A stretch of 60,880 bases of DNA, filler included, from Sanchytrium tribonematis (taxonomy: Eukaryota), in NCBI GenBank assembly GCA_018985235.1. It is 8 parts of 8 records of this genome, joined end to end, with 100 filler letters (N's around TTAATTAATTAA, not from the genome) between each part and the next. Parts side by side here need not be neighbours in the genome. Positions count along the whole stretch, not along the records: positions 1 to 7,645 come from JADGIG010000426.1; positions 7,746 to 15,357 come from JADGIG010000427.1; 6 more parts are not named here. One strand, written 5' to 3'. The translations under genes were made by a program, and so were the position numbers. Of this stretch, positions 1 through 10,328 are shown piece after piece. Under the pieces are notes generated by a model. That model did no database searches, was not told the DNA's origin, and was given only the letters and a program-made list of their open reading frames with translations. The first letter of the stretch is position 1; every line of letters begins with the position of its first letter.

Positions 1-1530
1 TGTCATATTCCATTTTCCAAATGATTTGTAAAGATACTGCAAGTATTTAGTACGCTCTCTAAATTCGAATCGAAACACTACTTCATTTTCAACTTTACTT
101 CTACCACCAACTAAAAATCTAAGATGGGATTTCATAAGCTCATTTTCACTGAGGTCGGTAGCCTCCATATTGTTCCATTTCAGTTGATCAATTACGTCTA
201 AGGTATCCTTTTTAGATTCTATGACGAATGATGCAAATACATGGGCCTCATTCAAAGTGTTGAATCTATATGTCAATTCCACAAATGGACGATTTATAAT
301 GTTAATCATCTTTAAAAATGTGCCTGGAGTTTCTCTAATGATTATGTGTAAAAGAGATTCTCTTTCTTCACCAATGTCGCTTCTTTCAGTAACAAATCGA
401 AGCCTCCCAAAGTCCATATTGGCGCCACTGCAAATAGCAATAAGTTTCTTTTTTGAAGATTTCGTTTCAGCAACCCATCTTTTTAAACCAGCCAAAGACA
501 ATGCACCAGATGGTTCTAAAATAGAGCGAGTGTCGCCAAATGTATCTTTTATGGCTGCACAGATTTCGTCATTAGTTACAACAACCATTTCATCTACTAA
601 ATTTTTGCAAATTCTATAGGTCTCTTCTCCTGCTCGTCCAACTGCCGTTCCGTCTGCAAATAAATTTGGTTCAGTTATGGTCACTAATTGATGACTTAAT
701 AAGGCTGCAGTCATTTTAGCTTGTTCATAATGCTCAACCCCAATGACCTTTATATGTGGATACAATCTTTTGACATACACTGCAATTCCAGCCAAAAGGC
801 CACCTCCACCACAACATGCGAATATGGCTTCCACATCATTCATATCATTATCTCGACAGATTTCTAGTGCTATTGTTCCGACACCTGCAATGATAAGTGG
901 ATCATCAAAAGGAGGAATCATTACATAGTTTTTTTCTTCTGCCAATCGTGTACAATAAGATTTAGCCTCATTAAAGTCATTTCCATACAAAATGACATCG
1001 GCGCCCAGTCTCGTCACATTGTCAACCTTTATTTTTGGAGTGCATTCTGGCATAACAATAGTCGCCTTACAGTCCAATTTCTGAGCCGACATTGCCAATG
1101 CTTGTGCATGATTACCAGCTGATGGAGCTATAAGACCTTGGTTGCGCTCTTTTTGGGTTAAATTTGCGATTTTGTTGAAAGCACCACGAATCTTAAAGCT
1201 GAAAACTGGTTGTAAATCTTCTCTTTTGAGATAAACCGAATTATTTAATTTGATGGATAAATTATGAGCCTTTTGAAGTGGAGTTTGAATTGCTACTTGG
1301 TACACTTTAGCTGTCAGAATCAGTTTCAGGTAGTCGATTTCATGCCAAAACGATTCAGAAATTTCATTATTGTCTTTTTTGTACGCAATCCCAGATGAAA
1401 TCTGCATGTTTTGAAACGGCAAAAAGCCAAACATGTAGATCGCATCATCAAACTTCGGCTGCAAAGAGTGGTGCCATTTGTCACTAAAGTCCAAATCGAT
1501 GGCCATAGTTGAAGTGCGCATAAAGATCAT
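1..1530 (-). CDS. ILV1: Biosynthetic threonine dehydratase, 3'-truncated by the window edge; start ATG uncertain (1530 is the most upstream)
   Basis: Manual translation (not in ORF track), open from 1530 to 1: DYLKLILTAKVY, LKREDLQPVFSFKIRGA, PPFDDPLIIAG, GGGGLLAG, LFADGTAV, EPSGALSLAG, SGANMDF. Confidence 0.95.
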   Translation of the reverse strand, partial: MIFMRTSTMAIDLDFSDKWHHSLQPKFDDAIYMFGFLPFQNMQISSGIAYKKDNNEISESFWHEIDYLKLILTAKVYQVAIQTPLQKAHNLSIKLNNSVYLKREDLQPVFSFKIRGAFNKIANLTQKERNQGLIAPSAGNHAQALAMSAQKLDCKATIVMPECTPKIKVDNVTRLGADVILYGNDFNEAKSYCTRLAEEKNYVMIPPFDDPLIIAGVGTIALEICRDNDMNDVEAIFACCGGGGLLAGIAVYVKRLYPHIKVIGVEHYEQAKMTAALLSHQLVTITEPNLFADGTAVGRAGEETYRICKNLVDEMVVVTNDEICAAIKDTFGDTRSILEPSGALSLAGLKRWVAETKSSKKKLIAICSGANMDFGRLRFVTERSDIGEERESLLHIIIRETPGTFLKMINIINRPFVELTYRFNTLNEAHVFASFVIESKKDTLDVIDQLKWNNMEATDLSENELMKSHLRFLVGGRSKVENEVVFRFEFRERTKYLQYLYKSFGKWNMT

Positions 1531-1544
1531 TTTAATTCATACAA

Positions 1545-3002
1545 ATGTTGATTTTGGAAAAGGATCAAATAAGGAGTATGACATTATCAGTTTCCAAAAT
1601 TCCACCGTTTCTACAGGACACAACCAACAACGAAGCAACCACTAGCTTAACTCTAGACGGTGACCATCTATATACATGCGGAACTTACCCTCCAAAATTT
1701 TCACAATTTAGTTTATCGAAGCATTCAACATTATTTTCAAGGCATGTTCAGCAGGATATATTGAAATTTAATGTGTTGCACGGCTCTAAATATGCTCTTT
1801 TAATGTCTAATCGTAATATTCAATTTCACACATTGTCAAAATGTATTTACACAACAAAACTCCCAGGAATCGCCACACATATGGCTTATTCACAATATTA
1901 CGCAAGATTATGGTTTTCTGGCAGTAATCTTTACTCACTGGATTTGAATAGTGGACAATTCGAAAATACTGTGAATCATCATATGGATCGTATCAATTGT
2001 ATGGATTATCATCCTGGACATTTGATGGTAGCTATTGGTGGCAAAGACTCCCTTAGCTTGATTGACTCCAGAACAATGGATGTCGTTGCCTCTGTGGATG
2101 CAAACTCTTTATCAGCTTGTAAATTTAGTATTGATGGATTTCATTTGGCAACTGGGGATGAAAGTGGCACTGTTAAAGTTTTCGATATAAGGCAATATCA
2201 ACCTTTAAGTACAATTATACATCAGTACTCTTCTCCCATCAAAGAGATAAAACAAATACAGTCTTCTACCGAAACGTATTGGGGATCATTATGTGAGCAC
2301 CAACTGAAAATTAGTTGCAACGGGAAAATTCAATGTACAATCGAGCCTGACTTTACTCTTAATGATTTTGTAAACATACCTAATAGTGGTGTATTCATTA
2401 TCGCAGGTGACAGCGAAGAGTTATCAACGATGTATGTCCCAGATATTGGTCCTGCTCCAGAGTTTGCTGCCTTTATGGATCAATTTCAAGATACGAATAC
2501 GACTCAATCTACTGAATACGAGCATTACAAATTTATTACAAAGCCTGAATTAAGAAGATTAGGATTAGATCAATTTATTGGGTCAGACCTTTTAAAACCA
2601 GTTATGCATGGATATTATTGCCACCACAGATTAATTGACACTGCCAAGCATGTCATGTTGGACTATGCTGGATACAGACAGCGTGAGTTGGAGAGTAAGG
2701 TGGAAGAAAAATTGTCTGAAACGAAGAAAGTCTCTTCGGATGATCGTTTCGCAATTGCAAATGACCCAGACTACGAAATTGATGAGAACGACGCTGACTT
2801 CAAGCGATTAAAACCTGTTATGCCCAAGAAAGGTGGTAATGCCAAGGTAAGAGCAAAGCAGCGAAAATATAGAGATGAACAGGAAGATTCCAGTGAGGCG
2901 GAGGAAAATGTTCTGGGATTACCCACTTTTGAAGACCAAATCACCAATGAAGATGTACGAGGTAATATTGTTTATGAATTTAAGAATACTGAAAATAAAT
3001 AA
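1545..3002 (+). CDS. NOL10: Nucleolar WD40 ribosome biogenesis protein NOL10/Enp2
   Basis: TCGTYPP, WD repeats, YVPDIGPAPEF, YKFITKPEL..LGL, MHGYY, DDRF..NDPDYEIDE. Confidence 0.85.
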   Translation: MLILEKDQIRSMTLSVSKIPPFLQDTTNNEATTSLTLDGDHLYTCGTYPPKFSQFSLSKHSTLFSRHVQQDILKFNVLHGSKYALLMSNRNIQFHTLSKCIYTTKLPGIATHMAYSQYYARLWFSGSNLYSLDLNSGQFENTVNHHMDRINCMDYHPGHLMVAIGGKDSLSLIDSRTMDVVASVDANSLSACKFSIDGFHLATGDESGTVKVFDIRQYQPLSTIIHQYSSPIKEIKQIQSSTETYWGSLCEHQLKISCNGKIQCTIEPDFTLNDFVNIPNSGVFIIAGDSEELSTMYVPDIGPAPEFAAFMDQFQDTNTTQSTEYEHYKFITKPELRRLGLDQFIGSDLLKPVMHGYYCHHRLIDTAKHVMLDYAGYRQRELESKVEEKLSETKKVSSDDRFAIANDPDYEIDENDADFKRLKPVMPKKGGNAKVRAKQRKYRDEQEDSSEAEENVLGLPTFEDQITNEDVRGNIVYEFKNTENK

Positions 3003-3020
3003 TTTTGTAAATTTGAGGGG

Positions 3021-3851
3021 ATGATGGAACTTGATGAATCAATTTTAGAATTAATAGAACTCACCAATACATCAGTTGTGAATCAAGCTGTTGAGTATTT
3101 GTCAGCTACACCATTTGAGGAATTGCAGCCAGAAACTCAGCAAACACTTTATGAGAAGCTCTTGCAAAAGGACTGTTTTGAACCGTTGTATAATTTATCC
3201 TTGATTTGTGCGCCAAACAATTTAGATTTATTGATGAAGAAATGCATTAAAAGCGACAGCGCCTGTAAAATATTAATGAATTTAACAAGGACTCAGCCTC
3301 ACATATGCACGCAGATTTTTCAACACAATAGTTTCGAACAGCTTCTTGGAACCGATCATGAATACATGTTCGCTGCGGTATTAAACATTTCGAAGTCAAA
3401 GGAGACACATGGGCTTTTGATTCAGTATTTACCTAATTGGGATTGTCATCCATTTATAATCGGAATAATGAAAAATTTGGCTTTTAATTGCGATATGCAT
3501 CCGGCCATTCTAGACATATTGCCGCTGTATCTTGGAAACTTGGCTGTTGACGGATTTCATGAGAATATCATTAATGATGATAGAGTGTTAGATGATTTGG
3601 AAAAAGATGAAATATCCGATTTCATTTTAAATCTGAAAGACGTTGAAGTTAAAGAAGCGCCTCAAGACCTCGTTCAACTTCTAATTTTACTACTTAGCGG
3701 AAGTGAATCTAATCGGCAAAAAATGAGTCATTTGGGATTATATTATTTATTACGTCATTTAGACAATTACGCGACTTTAAAAAAATGGGATGACCTAAAT
3801 GACACTATACTTAAATGTGTTGAGCTTTTAATTAATGAACGCGAGGAATAA
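3021..3851 (+). CDS. HGH1: HGH1/FAM203-like ARM-fold eEF2 chaperone
   Basis: LMNLTR, IMKNLAF and C-terminal RQKMSHLGLYYLLRHL...CVELLI resemble HGH1. Confidence 0.55.
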   Translation: MMELDESILELIELTNTSVVNQAVEYLSATPFEELQPETQQTLYEKLLQKDCFEPLYNLSLICAPNNLDLLMKKCIKSDSACKILMNLTRTQPHICTQIFQHNSFEQLLGTDHEYMFAAVLNISKSKETHGLLIQYLPNWDCHPFIIGIMKNLAFNCDMHPAILDILPLYLGNLAVDGFHENIINDDRVLDDLEKDEISDFILNLKDVEVKEAPQDLVQLLILLLSGSESNRQKMSHLGLYYLLRHLDNYATLKKWDDLNDTILKCVELLINEREE

Positions 3852-3878
3852 ATTTGCCATTATTTTAATTTTTCAAAC

Positions 3879-4959
3879 ATGGATTTCATTGAGAAAAGTT
3901 TTCTGCAAATACCTATTGAACAACTGAAAAAGAGCAACCGAATAACCTTGAAATGGATCGAAAAAGAAATCAAACAAACTCAGGTTTATAACAAAGATCG
4001 TTTAAAGAAGTTAAAAAACAAATTAGATTCAACTACACAAGAGGAAATTACAAACTCAGATATTGTAGATCAAAGAATTCAACACTTAGATGGCATATCA
4101 AATAACAATGAATTAGAACTAAATACTAGATTAAATCGGTGGTTAGTGGATTACTTTGTTTATCTAAAATGCTACCAATCTGCTCAATTTTTAATGGAGA
4201 ATGCCAATTTATCAAGTTTATGCGATGTTGAACTATTCAAAGAATTGCAATTAATTACTCAAAAATTAGAAAACCAGAATTGCGACCTTTTATTAAAGTG
4301 GTGCTCTGACAATCGCAGCTTGTTAAAAAAATCAAAATCAACTTTAGAATTCAAATGTAGACAGCAGGAGTATGTTCATTTAATCAAAAAGAAACAAATT
4401 ATGCAAGCCATCGACTATGCAAGAGAGCATTTTTCTTCGTTTGCGAGTGATCATCAACAGGATATTTATCTATTGATGGGTCTATTAACCACTCAATTAA
4501 AAACTAATTGCCTCGTTTACAAAAATCTTTTAGATGAGAAACAGTGGGACAAATTAGTCGCTCAATTTCAAACCGACTTTGCAAATATCCATGGATTAAC
4601 ACAACATCCCATTTTAATTCTATCCTTACAAGCAGGTCTTGCAGCTTTAAAAACAAATTCATGTCACCCAGATAAGCATCCCCATTGTCCAGTTTGCACT
4701 AAAGATTTGTTTGAGTTTTCCAAAAAGTTACCATCTTCGCATGTTACAAATACCGTATTACGTTGTCCTATTACTGGTGCAATCATGAATGAGCATAATT
4801 TACCAATGGTTTTACCATCCGGCTTTGTCATGAGCGAACAGGTTCTGATTTCTCATATAGGCTTGTCAAGAAATGCTAAAAGCTAGTGGCCATATTACCT
4901 GTCGACGGACATTGCGACAATTTCAATACAAAGAACTTCGGAAAGCTTTTATCACATAA
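3879..4959 (+). CDS. FYV10: GID/CTLH complex RING subunit MAEA/Fyv10; exons 3879-4841 and 4861-4959
   Basis: LisH-CTLH-CRA (LKWCSDNRSLLKK..STLEFK.RQQEY, LQAGLAALKT, CPVC, MNEHNLPMVLPSG). Splicing restores a MAEA-like end ACQEMLKASGHITCRRT..ELRKAFIT*. Confidence 0.88.
4842..4860 (+). other. 19-nt spliceosomal intron (gttctgatttctcatatag)
   Basis: GT-AG; removal restores the conserved MAEA C-terminus. Confidence 0.85.
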
Positions 4960-4962
4960 AAT

Positions 4963-5622
4963 TTATTTAATTTTTTTGAGCCTGGTTTCTACTGTTCTCA
5001 CTTTTGTTCCCATTTCTAAAGCATCTTTGCCGGTTTTGTTAAGGCGATCATTTTGATCAGCTAATTCAGAGCTCATCATTGTCGACATTTCCTTTAGTCT
5101 ACGAACAGAGTCAGACATATACGATAAATTTCTGGATATTTCTTCTTCGTGAACATCATGAGTCTCATCAGGAGCAACATGGTCTCTATCAAAAGATGAG
5201 TCATGTCTTGAACCAGATTTTGGAATTCTTGCTACTCTGCTAGAAGTTTCCGCCTTTTTAGTGATCTCATATCTCTTGACCTCTTCAATTTTTTTCTCTT
5301 CTTTTTTCAAATTACGTTTTCTTTTCCAGTTTGTGACAATTTTACCTGGATTTAAAGAACTCACAATAAAGTTCTTGTTTAATTGTTTCAAATCTTCTGT
5401 TCTATTAACAGCTTTATCAGCGTTAAGTGAAACTTTAGTAATGCCCACCTCGACATTTGAAAGTTGATTAGATTGTTGTCCCAAAGACGTTAAATTTTGC
5501 TCCGCCATATGTTCTGATTCCTTCAATCTTTTGACTGTCTGTCGAGACGATTCAAGTGATTTGAGCTTAGTCTGCTCGATTCTATCATTCATTAATTCAA
5601 TGTCAAATTCTTCGTCGATCAT
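4963..5622 (-). CDS. SEC9: SNAP-25/Sec9-like Qbc t-SNARE
   Basis: Two SNARE coiled coils (SLESSRQTV..LGQQSNQLSNVE; EEEISRNL..LKEMSTMMSSELADQNDRL). First ATG at 5622. Confidence 0.8.
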   Translation of the reverse strand: MIDEEFDIELMNDRIEQTKLKSLESSRQTVKRLKESEHMAEQNLTSLGQQSNQLSNVEVGITKVSLNADKAVNRTEDLKQLNKNFIVSSLNPGKIVTNWKRKRNLKKEEKKIEEVKRYEITKKAETSSRVARIPKSGSRHDSSFDRDHVAPDETHDVHEEEISRNLSYMSDSVRRLKEMSTMMSSELADQNDRLNKTGKDALEMGTKVRTVETRLKKIK

Positions 5623-5832
5623 CTCCGTGTCACAACGACTTTGCAAATTTCAAAGTGTTCAAAATTTAGATTAGGTCCAATCGCATGATTCTTTGAAGAT
5701 CACAAAATTTATACTTGTTGTCACATTTATTAAGTGGGTTAAAATGATATTATCACGGAGATGTCACGCGGTACGTAAAAAACGTCGTCCCAGAATCTTT
5801 TGGTTGAGACGGGAACTCCCAAAACACATAGG

Positions 5833-7563
5833 ATGTTATTCAATTTGGGTTGCTTTTCACAAATTCAACTGGTCAATCCTATTTCTACCCAGCCTGTTCC
5901 TGTTGCACCTTTAAACAAGTTATTTCAATTTCAAATGGATCCTACAACCTTTTTTAGCAATTCAAGCTTTGACCTCAAACTTATTGGTGGGCCTAGTTGG
6001 GTCTCATTCGATAAATCTACATTAACATTCAGTGGAACTCCTCCCGCGACCGGAACTTTTGACGTAATTCTGGAAGCTTTTTCATCTCAAGGAAATACAG
6101 CTGTGGATCATTTGGTTTTGAAGTCTATTTCAGGAGATCTGTCATCTGCTCCTGTACTGGTTTCTTCAGATGCTGTTTCATTATCAACCAAAAAGAATTT
6201 TAATCTAAAATTATTATCAAAACCTGCAACTGGTTTTGGATTAAAGGCCTTTGGAAATCGAAAAGAGCTTCCCGGATGGATCAAATTTGATTCTTTGTCG
6301 GGGGAAATGAGCGGTGTGCCACCTTCAGATGTTGAAATCCAAATTGACGTATATTTTAGTGATTCCGATGTCCGATTAGTTAAATCGTCAGCAACCTCAT
6401 TTAAATTATCCACAAATAATCACGCACCTACAATTATAATTGATAGTGTGTCAAATAATTCCAAAATATTATTAGATAAAGACTTTTTAGTGCTAAAATA
6501 CAAATTTTCTGATCCCGAAAACAACCCTTGTAAACTTGTAAATCTACCCTCTGATATTGAAAATTTAGACAATCAGCTAAAAATACCAAAATCTTATCTT
6601 ACTAAAAGCCTGTCTCTAGTTGCTAATGATGGAGTATCAAGCAGTGATCCTTTCATTTTGTTCTTTACAAATGATAAAAATAAGGCGACTACCATTGGTC
6701 CTGATGGAAAAGGCTCCAGCGATAAAACCACATTGTTATATACTCTAGCTGCTGTAGGTAGTATTCTTTTTTTCTGCATCTCCGCATATCTTTTGAGAAA
6801 GAAAGTGAATTCGAGACTTTTAAAAAAAACTGCTTATGTTGATTTAGGCTCCCCTACTTCAAGCAAAGCATCAATGGATTCCAAAGATCAAATATATTCA
6901 ATGTATTATGATAGGAATTCCAATAGAGGCTCTAAAGTTTCAATTACATCTTATTCAACTCATACTGTGGTAAAGGGATCTACAGTTGCCAAACTTCAAC
7001 AGCACTCAGTTGTTGCCAAGAACTATATGCAGAATGTGCCTGCAAATCAATATGCCCCCGTCTTTACTAAAGTTATTGCCAAATATAAACTCTGGACTTA
7101 TTCTCCATTACAATTAGATCGCTCCAGCTTGTATAATATGCCACAAAAAGGTATGAGAGCTGATTGGAAATTAGATGATTATATTTTAGGTCAAGGTAAC
7201 TTTAGTATTCGAACTGATGGTAATTCCGTGGTACCTACCTGGCTGACATTTGACCCTAATTCTGTCACATTTAAGGGTACTCCTGACCATGAGTGCGACT
7301 TAATTATTCGCATAGAATATCGAAAAAATGGTGCCTTCACGGATGACTTTATTTTCAGATTGATTGTTAGTCACGAAAAAAAGGCAACCAATGATGTTTT
7401 AAATCCTGACCGATTTATGGACTCGATATTCAGCACCAATAGCAGACAAGACAGACAATTGAGCAGGAACTCAAGTGTTCGCTTTTCATCTATGAATTTC
7501 ACAGATTTTAAAAAGTACATTAATATTAGCAGCAAAAAAGATCCAATTGATGAACTTATCTGA
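5833..7563 (+). CDS. Axl2-like type I membrane protein with cadherin-like (CADG/He_PIG) domains
   Basis: QPVPVAP..FQFQMDPTTF, repeated PSWVSFD..LTFSGTP / LPGWIKFD..MSGVP, one TM followed by RKK, and a further PTWLTFD..FKGTP domain after the TM. Confidence 0.7.
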   Translation: MLFNLGCFSQIQLVNPISTQPVPVAPLNKLFQFQMDPTTFFSNSSFDLKLIGGPSWVSFDKSTLTFSGTPPATGTFDVILEAFSSQGNTAVDHLVLKSISGDLSSAPVLVSSDAVSLSTKKNFNLKLLSKPATGFGLKAFGNRKELPGWIKFDSLSGEMSGVPPSDVEIQIDVYFSDSDVRLVKSSATSFKLSTNNHAPTIIIDSVSNNSKILLDKDFLVLKYKFSDPENNPCKLVNLPSDIENLDNQLKIPKSYLTKSLSLVANDGVSSSDPFILFFTNDKNKATTIGPDGKGSSDKTTLLYTLAAVGSILFFCISAYLLRKKVNSRLLKKTAYVDLGSPTSSKASMDSKDQIYSMYYDRNSNRGSKVSITSYSTHTVVKGSTVAKLQQHSVVAKNYMQNVPANQYAPVFTKVIAKYKLWTYSPLQLDRSSLYNMPQKGMRADWKLDDYILGQGNFSIRTDGNSVVPTWLTFDPNSVTFKGTPDHECDLIIRIEYRKNGAFTDDFIFRLIVSHEKKATNDVLNPDRFMDSIFSTNSRQDRQLSRNSSVRFSSMNFTDFKKYINISSKKDPIDELI

Positions 7564-7595
7564 GATTGTTTTGCTTCAATAAATTTACTTTCACA

Positions 7596-7645
7596 ATGAA
7601 GACTGTTTTGGTGACCGGTGGTTCTTCATTTATTTCACAACATAT
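7596..7645 (+). CDS. NAD(P)-dependent epimerase/dehydratase family, N-terminal fragment cut by a spacer
   Basis: MKTVLVTGGSSFISQH Rossmann start. Confidence 0.6.
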
Positions 7646-7745
7646 NNNNNNNNNNNNNNNNNNNNNNNNNNNNNNNNNNNNNNNNNNNNTTAATTAATTA
7701 ANNNNNNNNNNNNNNNNNNNNNNNNNNNNNNNNNNNNNNNNNNNN
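7646..7745. other. Artificial contig spacer
   Basis: N44-TTAATTAATTAA-N44 (six-frame stop linker). Confidence 0.99.
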
Positions 7746-8300
7746 AACCAACACAAGGGAATATACGTCAATATAGATGGTGGACTCAACATTTTTTCGC
7801 ACTCTTGGCTAAATTTTGGCGTGAATCGTGCAAAGTCACGTTACGAAACTCATCTGACTACCAATAATACTATCTGTGGGGTCCCCGACCCATGCTCTTT
7901 AAGAACTTTGAATAACAGATGTATAAAGCCAGGAATAGATTTACCAAAATGCCGAGAGCATCTCAAGACCTTGATCAAGATCGATAATTGCAGCAGTTTA
8001 TGTTATGAAAAAGAAGAAATTAAAATTCCAAAGGATTTATCTTGGTATGGTGCGAGTGAATTTCATTACGCTGTATTCGACACTATGAGGGATAACCACA
8101 TTAATGTCGCAGAAACAAGAGTATCTGTCCAAAACAGATGCCGAACAGATATGACGTTTGAATGCTTTCATGCAATGTATACTTTGGAAATTTTGGATTC
8201 ATTGGGAATTATTGAGATTAACATTCCACTGAGAATTAAGAATCAAGACATAACTTGGACGAGAGGGTTTGCGGCTTATTATTTCTTTCAAGAACACTAA
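7746..8300 (+). CDS. GDA1/CD39 apyrase (NTPDase), C-terminal fragment
   Basis: FSHSWLNFGVNRA, YGASEFHY, CFHAMY and ACR5-like ITWTRG; open from the contig edge. Confidence 0.7.
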   Translation, partial: NQHKGIYVNIDGGLNIFSHSWLNFGVNRAKSRYETHLTTNNTICGVPDPCSLRTLNNRCIKPGIDLPKCREHLKTLIKIDNCSSLCYEKEEIKIPKDLSWYGASEFHYAVFDTMRDNHINVAETRVSVQNRCRTDMTFECFHAMYTLEILDSLGIIEINIPLRIKNQDITWTRGFAAYYFFQEH

Positions 8301-8353
8301 TTTAATTAAAAGAACTAATTTAATAAAGATTTGCAAATTCCTCCGTGTATCTA

Positions 8354-9532
8354 ATGGTTCGAGTCAGAGCTAAAAAAATCATTAAAAGTAAAACTGAATT
8401 CTATGATAGAACAAAAAGTGTAAGCTCGTCAAAGCTGATTCCAATTCAAGGTCGCCAAATGGAAATTGATGAGATATTGACAAAATGTAATTTGGCCATC
8501 AAACAAAAATCTAAACTGAGTTTATATATAAGTGGTCAGCCTGGTCAAGGAAAAACACTTTCAGTTAACCATTCTGTTCAGAAGTTGCTGAAAAAAAACA
8601 ATAGAACACATTTAAAATATATTTCTGTCAACGGGATGAAAACCAAAAAAGCTGAACAAATATTCGTACATATATGGAGAGAAATAACATCTTCCAAATC
8701 CAGGATTAGCCATAAAACGGCACTAGAAAGATTGGAAGATTGGCTTTCTCAAGCTAATCGACCTTTCTTATTAATATTACTGGATGAAATTGATGGACTT
8801 TTAAATTCATCTCAATCAACGATTTACCACATCTTTGAATGGGTTCAGCGATACGATAGGATTATACTCATATCAATTTCAAATACATTCGATTTACCAG
8901 AAAAGGTCTTTAAACAAAAGATTGTTTCTCGAGTTGGACACGAAAGAATTGATTTCAATCCCTACAAAGCAGATGAACTTGTTGAAATCGCAAAAACCCA
9001 TATTGTTCGATCTTCTGATGCTGTCGAAAAGAGTGGTTCTCTAATTATCCAAAATGTTACTTTTGAGAAACAAGCTTTACGACTCTGTGCAAGTAAAGTC
9101 GCTTCTATTACGGCCGATGCAAGAAAAATGTTAAATATCTGCGAAATAATTATACATATGGCTAAAGATGAAAAAGTCACCAAAATTGATGTCAGATATG
9201 CGCACAAGTCATTGAGTAATATATTTTCGCAACCTTGCGATCAATTCTTAAGGAGCTCAATATCTTTGAATCCTCTTTACAAGATAGCATTGTCCAAAAT
9301 AATGGACGCTTGTGATATCAAAGGATCTTTGGAATATAAAGACATTGTGCAGCAATTTTGGGATGTTTATGCGGAGCATAGTAGGCCATTACAAGACGAA
9401 TGTGTCATTAGGCAATACTTCACTACACTTTTAAACTCAAACGTGTTGCAAGCTGTTGATAAATCTTATACTGAGCACTATTCAAAATCCCAGTATCGAT
9501 GGAACGGCTCTTTGACTTTTTTATTGAAATAA
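8354..9532 (+). CDS. ORC1: Origin recognition complex subunit 1 (ORC1/CDC6 AAA+), without BAH domain
   Basis: YISGQPGQGKT, LLDEIDGL, ISNTFDLPE, SRVG, KVASITADARKMLNIC. Confidence 0.8.
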   Translation: MVRVRAKKIIKSKTEFYDRTKSVSSSKLIPIQGRQMEIDEILTKCNLAIKQKSKLSLYISGQPGQGKTLSVNHSVQKLLKKNNRTHLKYISVNGMKTKKAEQIFVHIWREITSSKSRISHKTALERLEDWLSQANRPFLLILLDEIDGLLNSSQSTIYHIFEWVQRYDRIILISISNTFDLPEKVFKQKIVSRVGHERIDFNPYKADELVEIAKTHIVRSSDAVEKSGSLIIQNVTFEKQALRLCASKVASITADARKMLNICEIIIHMAKDEKVTKIDVRYAHKSLSNIFSQPCDQFLRSSISLNPLYKIALSKIMDACDIKGSLEYKDIVQQFWDVYAEHSRPLQDECVIRQYFTTLLNSNVLQAVDKSYTEHYSKSQYRWNGSLTFLLK

Positions 9533-9551
9533 ATTCCCTGTTTTATATCTT

Positions 9552-10322
9552 ATGACTTCGATTTTAGATCTGACTCAACTTGCAAAACAATCTATTTGTC
9601 AAATTTATTTATATTCAGACCAACTAGAAGATCCTGTAGAGAATGAATTTGTCCCACTCTCTGTAAATACTCCTGCTGGATTTACAATTTTTAATGAATT
9701 TGAATTGGCAACCATTCCTGCAATTTTGTTTTATGGACTGAAAAATACCAATGATGCAACAGTTTTAGCTGTTCATTATATCGACAAAGCTACACATACG
9801 CATAATACAACCAAATGTGAAGAATTATTGTTGGCTTGTCAAGCTCAAACAAGGCCAGTGTATCAGCAGATACAATTAAACAATGAAAGGCTTCAGGTTT
9901 TGAGAGAGCAAGAGCAAAAGCTCCAGCAATCTATTGAAAAAGACATGGAGCGGCAACAGAAAAAAGAAGTTTTTAAATCATGGTTTGATGATAGAAAGAA
10001 GCAAAGACTAGCGTATAAAAGCGATAAATTTGAAGGCGACATTATTCAGTTGAAATTTAGAGTCTTTAATGGGAGTACCTATCAGCAAGAGTTTTTGAAA
10101 ACGCACACGGTCAGAAACTTGTATGACTTTATTAATCATTTTGATATATTTCAAGAAGATTCTATGGATAAGGAAGAAAAAGAGCATTTTTTCAAACTGC
10201 ATAAAGACCATGGGCATGGATTTGTTATATCTTCGATGTTTCCAAAGCAGGAACTGACAGACATGTCACTTTCTCTCGAGCAAGTCGGAGTTCAAGGCAT
10301 GTTAATTGTTGAAGAGGTATAA
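9552..10322 (+). CDS. UBX-domain Cdc48/p97 cofactor (FAF1/FAF2-like)
   Basis: LREQEQ..QSIEKD coiled coil, then UBX (LKFR..GS..QEF..TVRNLYDFI, SMFPK). Confidence 0.75.
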   Translation: MTSILDLTQLAKQSICQIYLYSDQLEDPVENEFVPLSVNTPAGFTIFNEFELATIPAILFYGLKNTNDATVLAVHYIDKATHTHNTTKCEELLLACQAQTRPVYQQIQLNNERLQVLREQEQKLQQSIEKDMERQQKKEVFKSWFDDRKKQRLAYKSDKFEGDIIQLKFRVFNGSTYQQEFLKTHTVRNLYDFINHFDIFQEDSMDKEEKEHFFKLHKDHGHGFVISSMFPKQELTDMSLSLEQVGVQGMLIVEEV

Positions 10323-10328
10323 ATAAAT

